64,000 nt of DNA from an uncultured Bacteroidales bacterium (GTDB taxonomy: Bacteria; Bacteroidota; Bacteroidia; Bacteroidales; GCA-2748055): assembly GCA_963792395.1 (NCBI GenBank), contig CAWBWE010000031.1:12256-76255 (forward strand), written 5' to 3'. Below are positions 63,001 through 64,000 of the stretch, piece by piece (position 1 is the first letter of the stretch; each line of letters opens with the position of its first letter). Position numbers and translations under genes: made by a program. The notes beneath the pieces are model-generated. The model did no database searches and had not been told where the DNA came from. It saw only the letters and a list, made by a program, of their open reading frames with translations.

Positions 63001-63423
63001 TTTAAAGCAAGTCAGAAAGGTCAGCTGCAGTGGACCTATAGCATTACATCTTCCGATGATAATTCAGACCTTTTTGCAACCCGCTATGGATGGGGTGAAC
63101 GAGTCGGATTTAAATCCAGGGTCATGTTGCCATCAAGCAAGGCCACTGACAGTCAGCTTGTATCAAAAAGCTTCCTCGGACTTGAAGCCGAAAATCTTTT
63201 ACTGGTGAATGCTTCTGTCTCCATGGATAATTCCGGAATTATTCTTCATCTGCGTGAGCTGGAAGGTGATCACGCTATCCTTGATATCCGGAAACTGAAA
63301 GAAGAAACCGGGGCAACTTCTATTCATGAGGTCAGCATTTTAGAAGAAGAAATCGCTGAGCTTACTTCTCCTATATTGATTGAGCATTATGAAACAAAAT
63401 TCATCCTTCTGAAGATTAAATAA
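60026..63423 (+). pseudogene. GH38-like glycoside hydrolase (alpha-mannosidase family), about 1130 aa, two frameshifts
   Basis: Signal peptide MMKQILVISLLVLSTALAGQ. The GH38 N-domain start is YMVQHTHTDIGYT, with the pattern ...MQNDVNG... The three fragments join near 60360-60375 and 62235-62250. Confidence 0.65.
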
Positions 63424-63432
63424 TAAATTAAG

Positions 63433-64000
63433 ATGAAGAACCAGCAAACCAACAATTCCTATCTCCTGTTTATTGCCTTAACTGCCGCCCTGGGTGGGTT
63501 TCTGTTCGGGTACGATACCGCCGTAATATCCGGGACCATCAGTTTCGTGAAAGCAAAGTTTGCACTTGATGCCGTTATGGAAGGTTGGTTTGTCAGTTCT
63601 GCCCTGGTGGGATGTATTGCCGGAGTATCTATTGCAGGTGAATTGTCCGACAGATTGGGCAGAAAGTGGGCCCTGATCGCCTCAGGCCTGTTATTCTCCA
63701 TATCTGCTCTGGGTTGTGCGATATCGGCATCGCATGCCGAATTAATCATATTCAGACTTCTTGGAGGTGTTGGTGTAGGCGTGGCTTCCATGTTGTCACC
63801 ACTTTACATTTCTGAGGTTAGCCCGGCAAAAATAAGGGGCAGAATGGTGGCTCTGTATCAATTTGCAATCACCGTAGGAATTCTATTTGCCTACTTCTCC
63901 AATGCCTGGCTACTAAAGAACAGTTCAGGCCTTGAACTTCAAAATGAATTGCTGCACAAGGTATTCTGCTGAGGAAGTCTGGAGGGCAATGTTTGGGTCT
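63433..64000 (+). pseudogene. Sugar porter family MFS transporter (3' end beyond window), frameshift near 63965
   Basis: Motifs GGFLFGYDTAVISG, GELSDRLGRK and PLYISEVSPAKIRGRMV. An in-frame stop occurs at 63970-63972. The next frame continues AEEVWRAMFGS, the conserved E-x-WR motif. Confidence 0.85.

Overview
This 64-kb chromosomal window looks like a Bacteroidota genome. By eye the GC is about 48-50%. Supporting features are an Arm-domain tyrosine integrase, ECF-sigma/DUF4252 modules, arrays of about 800-aa FtsX permeases and TAnnTTTG-like promoter boxes. The fermentative gene set suggests an anaerobic or facultative Bacteroidia; this is inference only.

Gene content, left to right:
- 3-9.2 kb: orphan histidine kinase, YjbQ, iorAB, DUF4301, PiT phosphate transporter, C-N hydrolase, SlyD.
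- 9.2-15.4 kb, minus strand: pta-ackA, then ptb-buk-small OMP-cation/H+ antiporter.
- 15.6-20.7 kb: DUF1338, a 954-aa FAD/Fe-S dehydrogenase and a DAACS symporter.
- 20.7-21.6 kb: a 0.95-kb AT-rich non-coding island with a palindrome array, upstream of an XRE-type HTH gene.
- 21.6-29.6 kb: pyrD, S41 peptidase, DUF1801, pcm, CNNM transporter, DUF4091 protein.
- 29.9-33.6 kb: an integrase next to tRNA-Lys(UUU), then an ECF sigma module.
- 33.6-43.1 kb: DnaQ-GIY-YIG, a THX ribosomal protein with a long Lys/Ala/Pro/Glu tail, msrB, a Memo-AMMECR1 fusion, GMC oxidoreductase, EamA transporter, C69 dipeptidase.
- 43.2-49.1 kb: two FtsX permeases flanking an Fe-S protein.
- 49.9-64 kb: a sulfatase, then a LacI-headed locus with three URO-D-like paralogues, an unknown secreted GH-like protein, a PLP aminotransferase, a cupin, a GH38-like enzyme and an MFS sugar porter.

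There is one tRNA. I saw no rRNA, no CRISPR array and no intact IS element.

The dominant sequence-level property is frameshifting. About half of the genes are broken by frameshifts, roughly 60-70 frame switches by my approximate hand count. The ones I could localise sit on short homopolymers, so these are more likely sequencing or assembly artefacts than true pseudogenes. I type them as pseudogene because the sequence as given cannot encode the full proteins.

I found no recognisable defence or toxin system. The best candidates for undescribed biology are:
- the URO-D-rich glycan locus;
- the FtsX/Fe-S/FtsX trio;
- the THX-histone-like fusion;
- the TTACA-N2-TGTAA array;
- the DUF1338/YdiJ-like pair.
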